Shown in pieces: positions 1-8,584 of a stretch of 64,000 nt of DNA. The translations under genes were made by a program, and so were the position numbers. Under the pieces are notes generated by a model. It was not told the DNA's origin. It saw only the letters and a list, made by a program, of their open reading frames with translations, and did not search any database. This stretch comes from Candidatus Poribacteria bacterium (GTDB lineage Bacteria; Poribacteria; WGA-4E; WGA-3G), in NCBI GenBank assembly GCA_022821495.1, contig JAJEDN010000130.1, positions 14,924 through 78,923 on the forward strand, written 5' to 3'. Position 1 is the stretch's first letter, and the number at the start of each line of letters is the position of its first letter.

Positions 1-1788
1 CGGCAATGCCTTGCGGGAGGTCTTCGCCAATGCCCACAAGAGAGCTGTAGTGTAAATTTGCTTCTCGCCTGCTGACAATTCTTCTTTTAATAGAGGGCGG
101 TTGTGGGCATCATAGAGCGTTACAGCAAAGGTTTCTGGGGTCAGTTCAACGCGTTTAATTCGATCTGGTTTGTGTGAAAATTGATTGAAACCTTCTACGA
201 TGGCATTGCCCAACGTAACAATTTTTGCCTGTGTGAGTTGTGCGGTGTACGAGGAAAGCACAGACTGTACGTTCTCCACCCGCTTTTGGCGTTGGATATG
301 TGCTTCCCCTAGCTGCCGGGTGTAACGTAGTTTATCCAATTTTCGCTCCGCCACTTCAAGTTGATACGATAGAGTCTGAATGGATTGTTGTGTATCTTGG
401 TACTGTTTACGCAGCTGCCCAAGTTTTTGGTTTAACGCTGACAGTTTCTCAACCAAAGGTTTCAAAATATCTTCGGCTGGTGCTTTCTGAAGAGCCTGTT
501 CGACCTCTTGCAGCTCCGCTTGTGTTGCTCTTAGTGCATCGTTCAATTCGCGAAATTCTTGCGGCACCTCATTAAGAGAAGCATCAATCCATTCTAACAG
601 ACGGGCGTATTCTGAAGGAGAGCGGTCGCGGATTTTTTTGAAACCCCGTAACGTTTCGGGACACTCAAGTTGTATTCTCAGGAGTGGTTCAATCTTAGCG
701 CGGACTGTTTCAATCTGTGGTACAGATAAGGATGCACCAGCCCAGAATTCCTCGGATGCCAAAGCCTCAAGTACCCCTGTATTTTGAGCTTTTAAGGCTT
801 GATCTCTTGTTTCCCACTCATCTAACTCTATCTCTTTAACAAGCCTCTCTCCTAATTGCTTGAGTAGCTCAGGGACCAAAGCAAACGGAAACAATGCCCC
901 ACACAAGTCTCGGATATCACTTTCAAATGCCTCAATATCAGCATGGAGTTGTTCCTGTCGCAGTTTTAGACTTTCTCGTTTTTCGGCATAACTACCGCCC
1001 TCGGCTGCGATGCGCGATTCTTGCCGGGCAATTTGGGCTTCTAACTTTGCAATTTGAGTGTGTAGTGATTCTGTGTGCTCCTGCATCTCCGCGAGCGATG
1101 ATGTAAGCGTGGTGATTTCTGTCTCTACCGTATTAATCTCTGCTTGCAAGGGTTCTGGACTGTCGCGTTTGACCAGACGGTTTGCGTAAATACGCAGATC
1201 CGATTGTAAGCGTTCTACTAAATTGAGTCCAAGCAGTGCTTTAATTGATTCAGCGAGATACAAGTCGTGACTGGAATCGTCCGCTAACTTCTGGATATCT
1301 TCACCATCAAAAAAGAAGAATTGTGATACGCTAATCGGGATAAGTTCCTCAACACGATCTTGCCAGTGTTCTGCATCGAATTCAGTATCCAGCCAGTTAT
1401 TTTCGGAGATTGTCAAATTTTCATTGGTGCTGCGGGGATTTGGGGTATCCTGTCGCCACGACCGTTCAACCTTGTACTGCTTTGTTTCCCGACCGTGTGC
1501 ATATTCAAATTCAAGCGACACCGAAGCATGGCTTAATGGCATTACAGAATTGGCATCGCGGTGAATCATTGCCGAGAGGTAATCATTATATTCGTTCTGG
1601 CTAACGCGGGGACCGAGTGCTCGTCTGCCGTAGAGACAGAGGCGAACCGAATCTAACAGCGTCGTTTTACCAGCACCATTCATCCCACCGATAAGGATTA
1701 TAGGGCCTTTACCATTCGCTGTAAGATGAACGCTCTGCTTACCGCGAAACAGACCAACATTATTGAGAGTAAGTTTGTGGAAGATCAT
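1..1788 (-). CDS. dndD: DNA phosphorothioation protein DndD (SMC/ABC-like ATPase), C-terminus beyond left window edge
   Basis: This ORF is absent from the track because it has no in-window stop. I checked all 596 minus-strand codons from ATG 1788 to base 1 and found no stop. N-terminus MIFHKLTLNNVGLF...ILIGGMNGAGKTTLLDSVRLCLYG carries a Walker A motif. The left end reads SAGEKQIYTTALLWALAKTS, an ABC-signature-like segment. The ATG overlaps the dndC stop (ATGA at 1785-1788). Confidence 0.85.
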   Translation of the reverse strand, partial: MIFHKLTLNNVGLFRGKQSVHLTANGKGPIILIGGMNGAGKTTLLDSVRLCLYGRRALGPRVSQNEYNDYLSAMIHRDANSVMPLSHASVSLEFEYAHGRETKQYKVERSWRQDTPNPRSTNENLTISENNWLDTEFDAEHWQDRVEELIPISVSQFFFFDGEDIQKLADDSSHDLYLAESIKALLGLNLVERLQSDLRIYANRLVKRDSPEPLQAEINTVETEITTLTSSLAEMQEHTESLHTQIAKLEAQIARQESRIAAEGGSYAEKRESLKLRQEQLHADIEAFESDIRDLCGALFPFALVPELLKQLGERLVKEIELDEWETRDQALKAQNTGVLEALASEEFWAGASLSVPQIETVRAKIEPLLRIQLECPETLRGFKKIRDRSPSEYARLLEWIDASLNEVPQEFRELNDALRATQAELQEVEQALQKAPAEDILKPLVEKLSALNQKLGQLRKQYQDTQQSIQTLSYQLEVAERKLDKLRYTRQLGEAHIQRQKRVENVQSVLSSYTAQLTQAKIVTLGNAIVEGFNQFSHKPDRIKRVELTPETFAVTLYDAHNRPLLKEELSAGEKQIYTTALLWALAKTSRKALP

Positions 1789-3191
1789 TGTTGGAAATCA
1801 CCATCATCCAAACCGGCACGGACTTCTTCTTCTGAACGCCAGTCCTCGTGGAAGATTTCATCAATTCGGGATTGTATGCCTGCGCGTCGGCTCATGCCAT
1901 CCATTTGCCGTTCTGTATCCAGTAATTTTGCGACAAGGGTAACCGGAATCCCTTTTTCGTTGCAGACCGCTGCCAAGATTTGTTTATCTTTCTCAGTAAA
2001 AGAGGTTGTGTCATCAACAATCCAATCCCGATCCCCGACTATTTCTGCGTAAATTTGGGGGACAGCATCTTGCCAATCTTGGCGTTCGGTTCGCCAGATT
2101 TTACGGATTTCCTCTAACTCATCGTCAGTAATGAGTTTCGTACCCGGGTCAGGTCCATCTTGGCGCACCTGCTGTTGGGTTGTGAGAAGTTTTTCTAACA
2201 GTTCCTTACAAAATTCCAATGTATAGGGCCCATGAACGAGTTTATTATTCAGGATCGTAACTTGTCCGTTTCGGCGCCGATGTTCACGTATCTCCGGTTT
2301 CTTCTCCGGATCCTGAGTTTCAGCAAGAAAATCACGAAATTCAAGCAGCGGTAGCATCCAGTTCTCACCGTTATCAATGAGACCTTCCATCGCTTTGTCT
2401 TTTGTTACGACGGTACAAGTCCAGCACCCAAAACGACTGTTTCCGCAAGATGGCGTTGTCTCGTCAACCACCAGCGGACACTCACCTTGCGCGCTCGTGT
2501 TCCGATAGAGTGTTACCAATTGCCGATTATCGCCTCCCCACGGCGATGGATTGGATAATAGGTACATCCAAACGTCTTCCATTGTAAAATCGACAACAGG
2601 TGTATAAACAAAGGCATTAGGCAGCGTCGTATGTCTTGAGAGGAGCGAATTTTTCATACGGTGCAAACTCAAGACTTGATCACGTGTTGCACTTTCACCT
2701 TTACGTACCCCGAGAACCATAATAACTTCGCCGTGTTCAGAAGCTTTATCTAAAATAAACCGGTTTGCGGGCTGTATCTTCATCCGGTCGGTGCACCATC
2801 GGAAACGACTATAGGGAGCAGGATAACCTTTGCCGATGAGATTAACCCAGAAAGTATCCTCAGTTTTCGGGCGGACGAGAGCTGTCTGAAACGGCATCTC
2901 CTCTTCGTTTGCAGTCGCCTCAATCCGATCCAAGGTGCCAGTAATGTAGCTAACAATCACCGGGGTCTCAACGAGGGTATCCGACGATACCACGTAAATA
3001 GGGTATTTTCGTTGTTCTGGCGGCAGCTCGCCAAGCGCATACCAGACGAGTTGGAGTGCTGTCGTTGAATCTTTTCCACCGCTGTATCCGATAACCCAAG
3101 GGCGCGCATTTCCAAGATAGACTTCTTGAATTTCACGATGGATATCGTCAAGATCGCGCGAGTTGAAAATGCTATAAGGTGCCTCTGGCAT
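1785..3191 (-). CDS. dndC: DNA phosphorothioation sulfurtransferase DndC (PAPS-reductase/ATP-pyrophosphatase fold)
   Basis: 468 aa. SGGKDS PP-loop motif (YSGGKDSTTAL). Cys cluster CGNSRFGCWTC is typical of the DndC Fe-S site. It is translationally coupled to dndD. Confidence 0.9.
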   Translation of the reverse strand: MPEAPYSIFNSRDLDDIHREIQEVYLGNARPWVIGYSGGKDSTTALQLVWYALGELPPEQRKYPIYVVSSDTLVETPVIVSYITGTLDRIEATANEEEMPFQTALVRPKTEDTFWVNLIGKGYPAPYSRFRWCTDRMKIQPANRFILDKASEHGEVIMVLGVRKGESATRDQVLSLHRMKNSLLSRHTTLPNAFVYTPVVDFTMEDVWMYLLSNPSPWGGDNRQLVTLYRNTSAQGECPLVVDETTPSCGNSRFGCWTCTVVTKDKAMEGLIDNGENWMLPLLEFRDFLAETQDPEKKPEIREHRRRNGQVTILNNKLVHGPYTLEFCKELLEKLLTTQQQVRQDGPDPGTKLITDDELEEIRKIWRTERQDWQDAVPQIYAEIVGDRDWIVDDTTSFTEKDKQILAAVCNEKGIPVTLVAKLLDTERQMDGMSRRAGIQSRIDEIFHEDWRSEEEVRAGLDDGDFQQ

Positions 3192-3436
3192 AAATCTTGC
3201 CCTTTCTAAGAAAAATATGTATATGGAAGATACAACGTTTGGAGTTTGGATGCTGGTACATCAGTATATCACAAATCCGATTTATGTCTACACTTATCAA
3301 TAAATTTTAAGTAGGATCAGCGATAATATAGTGTCCGGGTGGCAATGTTACAGATTCTTTTGGCATGTGAGCTTGCTCCTTTCAAACGAAATTTATTTGA
3401 AAAATAGTGTGACTTATTGTCGGGAAATAAGACAAA

Positions 3437-3847
3437 TTACCGGCACAGATTGATTCCCATCATCGAAAAATGCTGGTCAAAAGCAAAAGCCTCGCGGATG
3501 TTACTCTCTCGACACACTACAAAACTTGTGCAATCCGTAAAAGATAACCTTGCAGAGTTACACTGGCGAAAAAGTACTGTTGCTTTCTCAAACAGGTCTT
3601 TATCAATATCTACAACGGTTAGGCCCCCTGCTATTTCAGCGTTTCCAATAAACTCAAGGAACGCAACGGCTACTGAATGGTTTGTATCATATCTGAGGCG
3701 AGTTACGGTTTCATCAATCACGTAATCCGTGGTTAAAAGTTGGGTTTCTCCGTCTCGCAAACTGTTGTAAATTGCCATAGCTTCGCGATGGTGCAGGTCA
3801 TTCCGCTTGTAAATAGCAATCCACGCACCAGTATCAACAAAAATCAT
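3437..3847 (-). CDS. PIN-domain ribonuclease (VapC-like toxin fold)
   Basis: 136 aa. N-terminus MIFVDTGAW. All four conserved PIN acidic residues are present (D5, E46, D105, D124). The start ATG overlaps the stop of the upstream 605-aa gene (ATGA at 3844-3847). Confidence 0.8.
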   Translation of the reverse strand: MIFVDTGAWIAIYKRNDLHHREAMAIYNSLRDGETQLLTTDYVIDETVTRLRYDTNHSVAVAFLEFIGNAEIAGGLTVVDIDKDLFEKATVLFRQCNSARLSFTDCTSFVVCRESNIREAFAFDQHFSMMGINLCR

Positions 3848-5661
3848 TTTTTTGACTGCAATTCATAGATGACTTCATCGTGATTGACAGAAGCATCAGT
3901 TGTGCCGGAATCGACAGACCCAACCATTTCATCAAGGATAGAATAAGCATTTTTAATTTCATTTCTCTTAATGATTTCACGGATTCGTCCACTACTTACA
4001 AGCACAATGAAGTAGTCAAGCGTGTCTGAGGCACTGTTTAGGATATTGGCAAAAACATGCCGTAAACTCTGGTTTTCAATGTCAAAATGCTCCGCTTTTT
4101 TCAAATAGGTTCGTCCTTTCCGATGTGCACTCCCACTTGATCGTAGGTCCTGAAGCTTCCGTAGAAAAGCGATATGAACGTCAGCACCTTCAAGATCGTT
4201 CAAATGTAATGCAGCTCCAAGAAGTGCAATACCGCTTTTATTTTTAAATTCTTCCTGTTTCTCAAAAGGAATCAATTTTCTCAGCGATTTCTCATTTAAG
4301 GAATCAATTAGTATCTTAGTAAGGCTTAACACCATGGCATCAAAATCCCGTTGTTCGTCGGTAGCAGGAATTCTCAAAGATTGTAAGTGGTGTGCATCGG
4401 CAGTGTGCAAGGGCAGCAACCACTGCCAACCGAGTTGCTTCTGACTCGCCTTTTGTAAATCATTATAACGTTGTTTAAATATGTGTTCCGGTCTGTCTGA
4501 ATTTGTGAATTGAGCCCCAAGTTGACGTGCAAAATACGTTTTACTCACACCACCCGTTGGTGGAATGTTATATTGGTTCCAGTGTTTCTGTTCACCGAAC
4601 GGCAAATCACGCCCAAGGTCTCCTAACCAGGCACAGACTATGTCCTCGTGATGATTATCAATATACACACTCCATAAACTACCGCATCGAAGGATAGAGT
4701 CCTCTACCGTATATTTGCTGGGTTCATGGTAATACTTGTCTAAGACTTTTTTACGGAAGTGAACGGGTGTTAGATAACTCGGTGCCTCTTCATCCACACC
4801 GCGAATATTCCCAGGATCCGCTGGTGTTTTGAGTTCATCTGGATTAGACGTGTAGATAATTTCATCTCCGATCTCATTGACATCAATAATAAATGAAGCA
4901 TACTCCTGCCCAGATACCTCAGCGAAGGGCCAGAAACCGCTCTTAGTCTTTGGTAACGGTTCGACGATCCGTTTTCCCACTAATCGACTAAATGCTCTAT
5001 GGTTAGTAATGCCATCAAGGTCCCCATAGCGTTGCATCCAACACATTAGCTTATCTGGTCTTTGCCTATCGTTGTCACTTTCCGTGAATCCAAGTTCTTC
5101 TAATGAATGTGTTGACAATTCGCTAAAAATGAATTGGATAGCAAGATGCATCTCCTTGATTGCCAAGAATTGACGAATTTCTTTGAGCCGAATTTGTATG
5201 CAGTCTGATTTGACAACTGCAACAGTTTCTTCTTCATTCCCATCTTCACTGATTTTGATGTATTGATCCGTTTTTCTATCGTGATAGAGATTGTGGAAAA
5301 GGCGAAATTCTTCGGATATTTCCCTATAGTCGTCGCGCACTCTATGAAAACTTCTGCCAATGATTAGGGGTTCAACCCCGTTGTCAACGCCATAACGGAG
5401 GTATTCGCGTACCTCTCTGCCACCTTTATTAGAGATCATACCACTCGGAATGTCCTGTGAAAATTCCATATCCCACGTTGAAACGGAAAGTGATTTTTTA
5501 ATCTGAGCAGATGGTATCAGTGCACAATAGATATAATGTTTGCTGTATTCTTCTGTAGGTTCTTGATATACAGTGAGCATCTCGTTCAACTTCATATCGC
5601 GTTGCATGTGCTGCAGGGTCTGTGCTTGTGATAGTCGTCTTTTATCTCTATCAATACTCAT
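3844..5661 (-). CDS. Uncharacterised 605-aa protein with a putative C-terminal HEPN-like segment
   Basis: Track ORF is 3844..5727. I prefer ATG 5661 (MSIDRDKRR) because AAGGAG lies 7 nt upstream. I recognise no family for the N-terminal ~480 aa. The C-terminal segment IAFLRKLQDLRSSGSAHRKG fits the HEPN R-x4-6-H pattern. Confidence 0.6.
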   Translation of the reverse strand: MSIDRDKRRLSQAQTLQHMQRDMKLNEMLTVYQEPTEEYSKHYIYCALIPSAQIKKSLSVSTWDMEFSQDIPSGMISNKGGREVREYLRYGVDNGVEPLIIGRSFHRVRDDYREISEEFRLFHNLYHDRKTDQYIKISEDGNEEETVAVVKSDCIQIRLKEIRQFLAIKEMHLAIQFIFSELSTHSLEELGFTESDNDRQRPDKLMCWMQRYGDLDGITNHRAFSRLVGKRIVEPLPKTKSGFWPFAEVSGQEYASFIIDVNEIGDEIIYTSNPDELKTPADPGNIRGVDEEAPSYLTPVHFRKKVLDKYYHEPSKYTVEDSILRCGSLWSVYIDNHHEDIVCAWLGDLGRDLPFGEQKHWNQYNIPPTGGVSKTYFARQLGAQFTNSDRPEHIFKQRYNDLQKASQKQLGWQWLLPLHTADAHHLQSLRIPATDEQRDFDAMVLSLTKILIDSLNEKSLRKLIPFEKQEEFKNKSGIALLGAALHLNDLEGADVHIAFLRKLQDLRSSGSAHRKGRTYLKKAEHFDIENQSLRHVFANILNSASDTLDYFIVLVSSGRIREIIKRNEIKNAYSILDEMVGSVDSGTTDASVNHDEVIYELQSKK

Positions 5662-5861
5662 AATGTTCTCCTTTCTGTCAGCATGTAGAATATGTAACTT
5701 GAAGTATAACACATTTTCCGCTTGCATTACAAACCGATTTCGTCTAAACTTTTATGGCAATTACGGTAGATCGGACAATTAACGATACAGTGTTGATCGG
5801 CGCGCTTCCAAAACGCACCTACCGGTAGGGATCTACAAGTTTGTTATGAGGAGGTACGCGT

Positions 5862-6950
5862 ATGACAATTCGAGTCGGTATTGTGGGTACGGGTGGTATT
5901 TCGCGTGCACACCAGCGGGCTTATACGCAAGTCGGTGGTTTCGAGATCATCGCTGTGTGCGACATCATCAAGCGTAAAGCGAACGAGGCTGCCGATAAGT
6001 GGGGTGTCCCCAGAAAACACGTCTTCACAAGCTACAATAAGATGCTTGAGATGGGCGAAATTGATACAGTCAGCGTTTGCACTTACAACCAAGGGCATCG
6101 CCGTCCGACAGTGGCAGCGTTGAATGCTGGTAAGCACGTCTTTTGTGAAAAACCGATGGCGGCGACACTCCCAGATGCCACCGCTATGGTGCGAGCCGCG
6201 AAAGCGTCAGGCAAAATCTTGCAAATCGGTATCCACAGCACTTTTAATCCGAGACTCCAATTCGCTAAGAAGGTGATCGATTCAGGACTGCTCGGCGACA
6301 TCTATTATGCTGAATCTACAGGAGGGAGTCGCCGCAGGAATCCGGGACGTACATTCATCTACAAAAAGACTGCAGGTGCTGGGGCGATCGTAGATGTCGG
6401 TGTCTACAATATGCACGATTCGTTGTTTGCGATGGGCTACCCGAAACCGGTGCGTGTCTCCGCAATTACCGAGGATTACATCTCTCAGCAAGATCCAAGA
6501 TTTAAGGGGATCATGGACGTTGAAGAGTTCGGTGTCGCATGGGTCCGATTTGACAATGGTGGTGTGATGGTATTCAAAATCTCTTGGGTAGTACATCAGG
6601 ATTCGTTGGGTCCGAGTTTTTGTCTCGGTAAAGAAGCAGGTATTTCTCTGAACGGCCCCGTTGTCTATGCCGATACTTATACAGATGACCTCAAGAAACT
6701 CGTCAAATCCGAAGGACTCACCGCGGAAGCGAACCCACCGGAAGGGATGACGACGATCCAGTTCTCTGGATTCCCAGAGGTCGATGTCTGGCAGGCACAG
6801 ATAACAGCGTTCCGTGAAGCAGTCAAAGCGGATGCTCCGTCGCCGATACTCCCAGAGGGTGTCCTACTCACGAATGTAATTATGGATGGGATGTTCCGTT
6901 CACATGAGACAGGGAAAGAGGTTGCGGTGAAAGTGCCAGAGATTGAATAG
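5862..6950 (+). CDS. Gfo/Idh/MocA family NAD(P)-dependent oxidoreductase (paralog 1)
   Basis: 362 aa. N-terminal Rossmann motif VGIVGTGGISRAH. EKP motif (FCEKPMA). GAGGAGG Shine-Dalgarno upstream. Confidence 0.85.
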   Translation: MTIRVGIVGTGGISRAHQRAYTQVGGFEIIAVCDIIKRKANEAADKWGVPRKHVFTSYNKMLEMGEIDTVSVCTYNQGHRRPTVAALNAGKHVFCEKPMAATLPDATAMVRAAKASGKILQIGIHSTFNPRLQFAKKVIDSGLLGDIYYAESTGGSRRRNPGRTFIYKKTAGAGAIVDVGVYNMHDSLFAMGYPKPVRVSAITEDYISQQDPRFKGIMDVEEFGVAWVRFDNGGVMVFKISWVVHQDSLGPSFCLGKEAGISLNGPVVYADTYTDDLKKLVKSEGLTAEANPPEGMTTIQFSGFPEVDVWQAQITAFREAVKADAPSPILPEGVLLTNVIMDGMFRSHETGKEVAVKVPEIE

Positions 6951-7080
6951 TTGTTGGTTGTCGGAAACCGTTAGCCGTCAGCAATTGACCATTAGCAATC
7001 AGTCGTCAGCGGAGAAGGCGTGTTTTATTGTTTACATATTTTTCTATTTCACCTTAAATTTATTATAAGGAGACAACAAC

Positions 7081-8166
7081 ATGACTGTCCGGGTTGGTAT
7101 TATTGGTACAGGTGGTATTTCACGGGCACACCGGAGCACCTATGAGAAAGTCGGTGGTTTCGAGATCGTCGCTGTCTGCGACATCATCAAAAGCAAGGCG
7201 AACCAAGCCGCTGACGAGTGGGGTGTCCCCAGAAAAAACGCCTTTTCAAGTTACAACAAGATGCTCGAAATGGACGGACTCGATGCAGTGAGTGTCTGCA
7301 CCTACAATCAGGGGCATCGGCGACCTACCGTCGCAGCACTGAACGCTGGGAAACACGTCCTTTGTGAGAAACCGATGGCAGCCACGCTCCCTGACGCGAC
7401 AGCTATGACGCGAGCCGCAAAGGCATCCGGCAAAATCTTACAAATCGGTCTCAATCCGACATTTGATCCGAGGATTCAATTCATAAGAAAGGCGTTTGAC
7501 GCAGGATTGTTCGGCGACATCTACTACTCTGAATCTGCAGGATGCCGACGCCGCGGGAATCCGGGGCATACATTCATCTACAAAAAGACCGCAGGTGCCG
7601 GGGCAACCGTCGATATCGGTGTCTACAACATGCACGCCTCGCTATTTGCGATGGGTTACCCGAAACCCGTGCGTGTCTCCGCAATTACCGAGGATTACAT
7701 CTCTCAGCAAGATCCAAGATTTAAGGGGATCATGGATGTTGAAGAGTTCGGTGCGGCGTGGGTGCGGTTCGAGAATGGGGGTGTGATGGTATTCAAAATC
7801 TCTTGGGCGGTGCATCAGGACTCACTCGGTGGAAACTTCCATCTTGGAACGAAAGCGGGGTTCTCGTTGGGTGGACCGGTGATTTATGCCGACGCGTATG
7901 ACGGTGATCTCAAGAAGTTTGTCGAAGCGGAGGGATTAACAGCCGAACCGAACCCGCCGGAAGGAATGACGACGATCCAGTTCTCTGGATTTCCGCAATC
8001 TGATAACTGGGCATCACAAATGATCGCGTTCCGTGAAGCCGTCAAAGCGGACGCACCATCGCCGATACCACCGGAGGGTGTTCTACTCACGAATGTGATT
8101 ATGGACGGTATCTTCCGATCGCATGCAGCCGGGAAAGAGGTCGCAGTGAGCGTGCCGCAGATTTAA
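7081..8166 (+). CDS. Gfo/Idh/MocA family NAD(P)-dependent oxidoreductase (paralog 2)
   Basis: 361 aa. By eye it is very similar to the preceding gene. Same VGIIGTGGISRAH and CEKPMA motifs. AAGGAG Shine-Dalgarno upstream. Confidence 0.85.
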   Translation: MTVRVGIIGTGGISRAHRSTYEKVGGFEIVAVCDIIKSKANQAADEWGVPRKNAFSSYNKMLEMDGLDAVSVCTYNQGHRRPTVAALNAGKHVLCEKPMAATLPDATAMTRAAKASGKILQIGLNPTFDPRIQFIRKAFDAGLFGDIYYSESAGCRRRGNPGHTFIYKKTAGAGATVDIGVYNMHASLFAMGYPKPVRVSAITEDYISQQDPRFKGIMDVEEFGAAWVRFENGGVMVFKISWAVHQDSLGGNFHLGTKAGFSLGGPVIYADAYDGDLKKFVEAEGLTAEPNPPEGMTTIQFSGFPQSDNWASQMIAFREAVKADAPSPIPPEGVLLTNVIMDGIFRSHAAGKEVAVSVPQI

Positions 8167-8174
8167 GAGTGTAT

Positions 8175-8549
8175 TTATGATTTTTTAACGCTTGGTTTAC
8201 GAGGAGGCATCTCATCAACGGATGCCTCCTCCTTGTCTATAACCGTTACAAGACGATATGCGTACCGTCCTACATCCTGAATCCCTTCTTCACGTTCATG
8301 CAGACTAACCTTCAGCGTCCAGATAAACCCCGGTTCAAAGTCAAAACCTTCTATCCCCTCATAGAAAAATTCCCAGCGTTCGCTTTCCGCATTGAATTCG
8401 AGATAGCACTCCTGCTCAAACGCACCCACACAGGTTGTCTTATAGGGTCCGATGATGAGCGTTTCTACATGTTCGCCGCGACCACATCCAATGATGACGG
8501 ATAAAAAGATTAATGTGATTGGGAGTATGGGTTTTATTGGATATAGCAT
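8175..8549 (-). CDS. Small lipoprotein, possibly DUF4377-like
   Basis: 124 aa. Signal peptide with lipobox IIGC. The family assignment rests on weak pattern memory only. Confidence 0.5.
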   Translation of the reverse strand: MLYPIKPILPITLIFLSVIIGCGRGEHVETLIIGPYKTTCVGAFEQECYLEFNAESERWEFFYEGIEGFDFEPGFIWTLKVSLHEREEGIQDVGRYAYRLVTVIDKEEASVDEMPPRKPSVKKS

Positions 8550-8584
8550 TCCTTTTTTTAGTAAATGTTTAGAACCATTCAGAA

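Noticed and set aside
3307-3366. A 19-codon minus-strand ORF (MPKESVTLPPGHYIIADPT) with an AGGAG 9 nt upstream lies between the PIN gene and dndC.
   Set aside because: It is too short to support from sequence alone. It could be a leader peptide or simply chance. It is mentioned only because it is the sole ORF where dndB would be expected.
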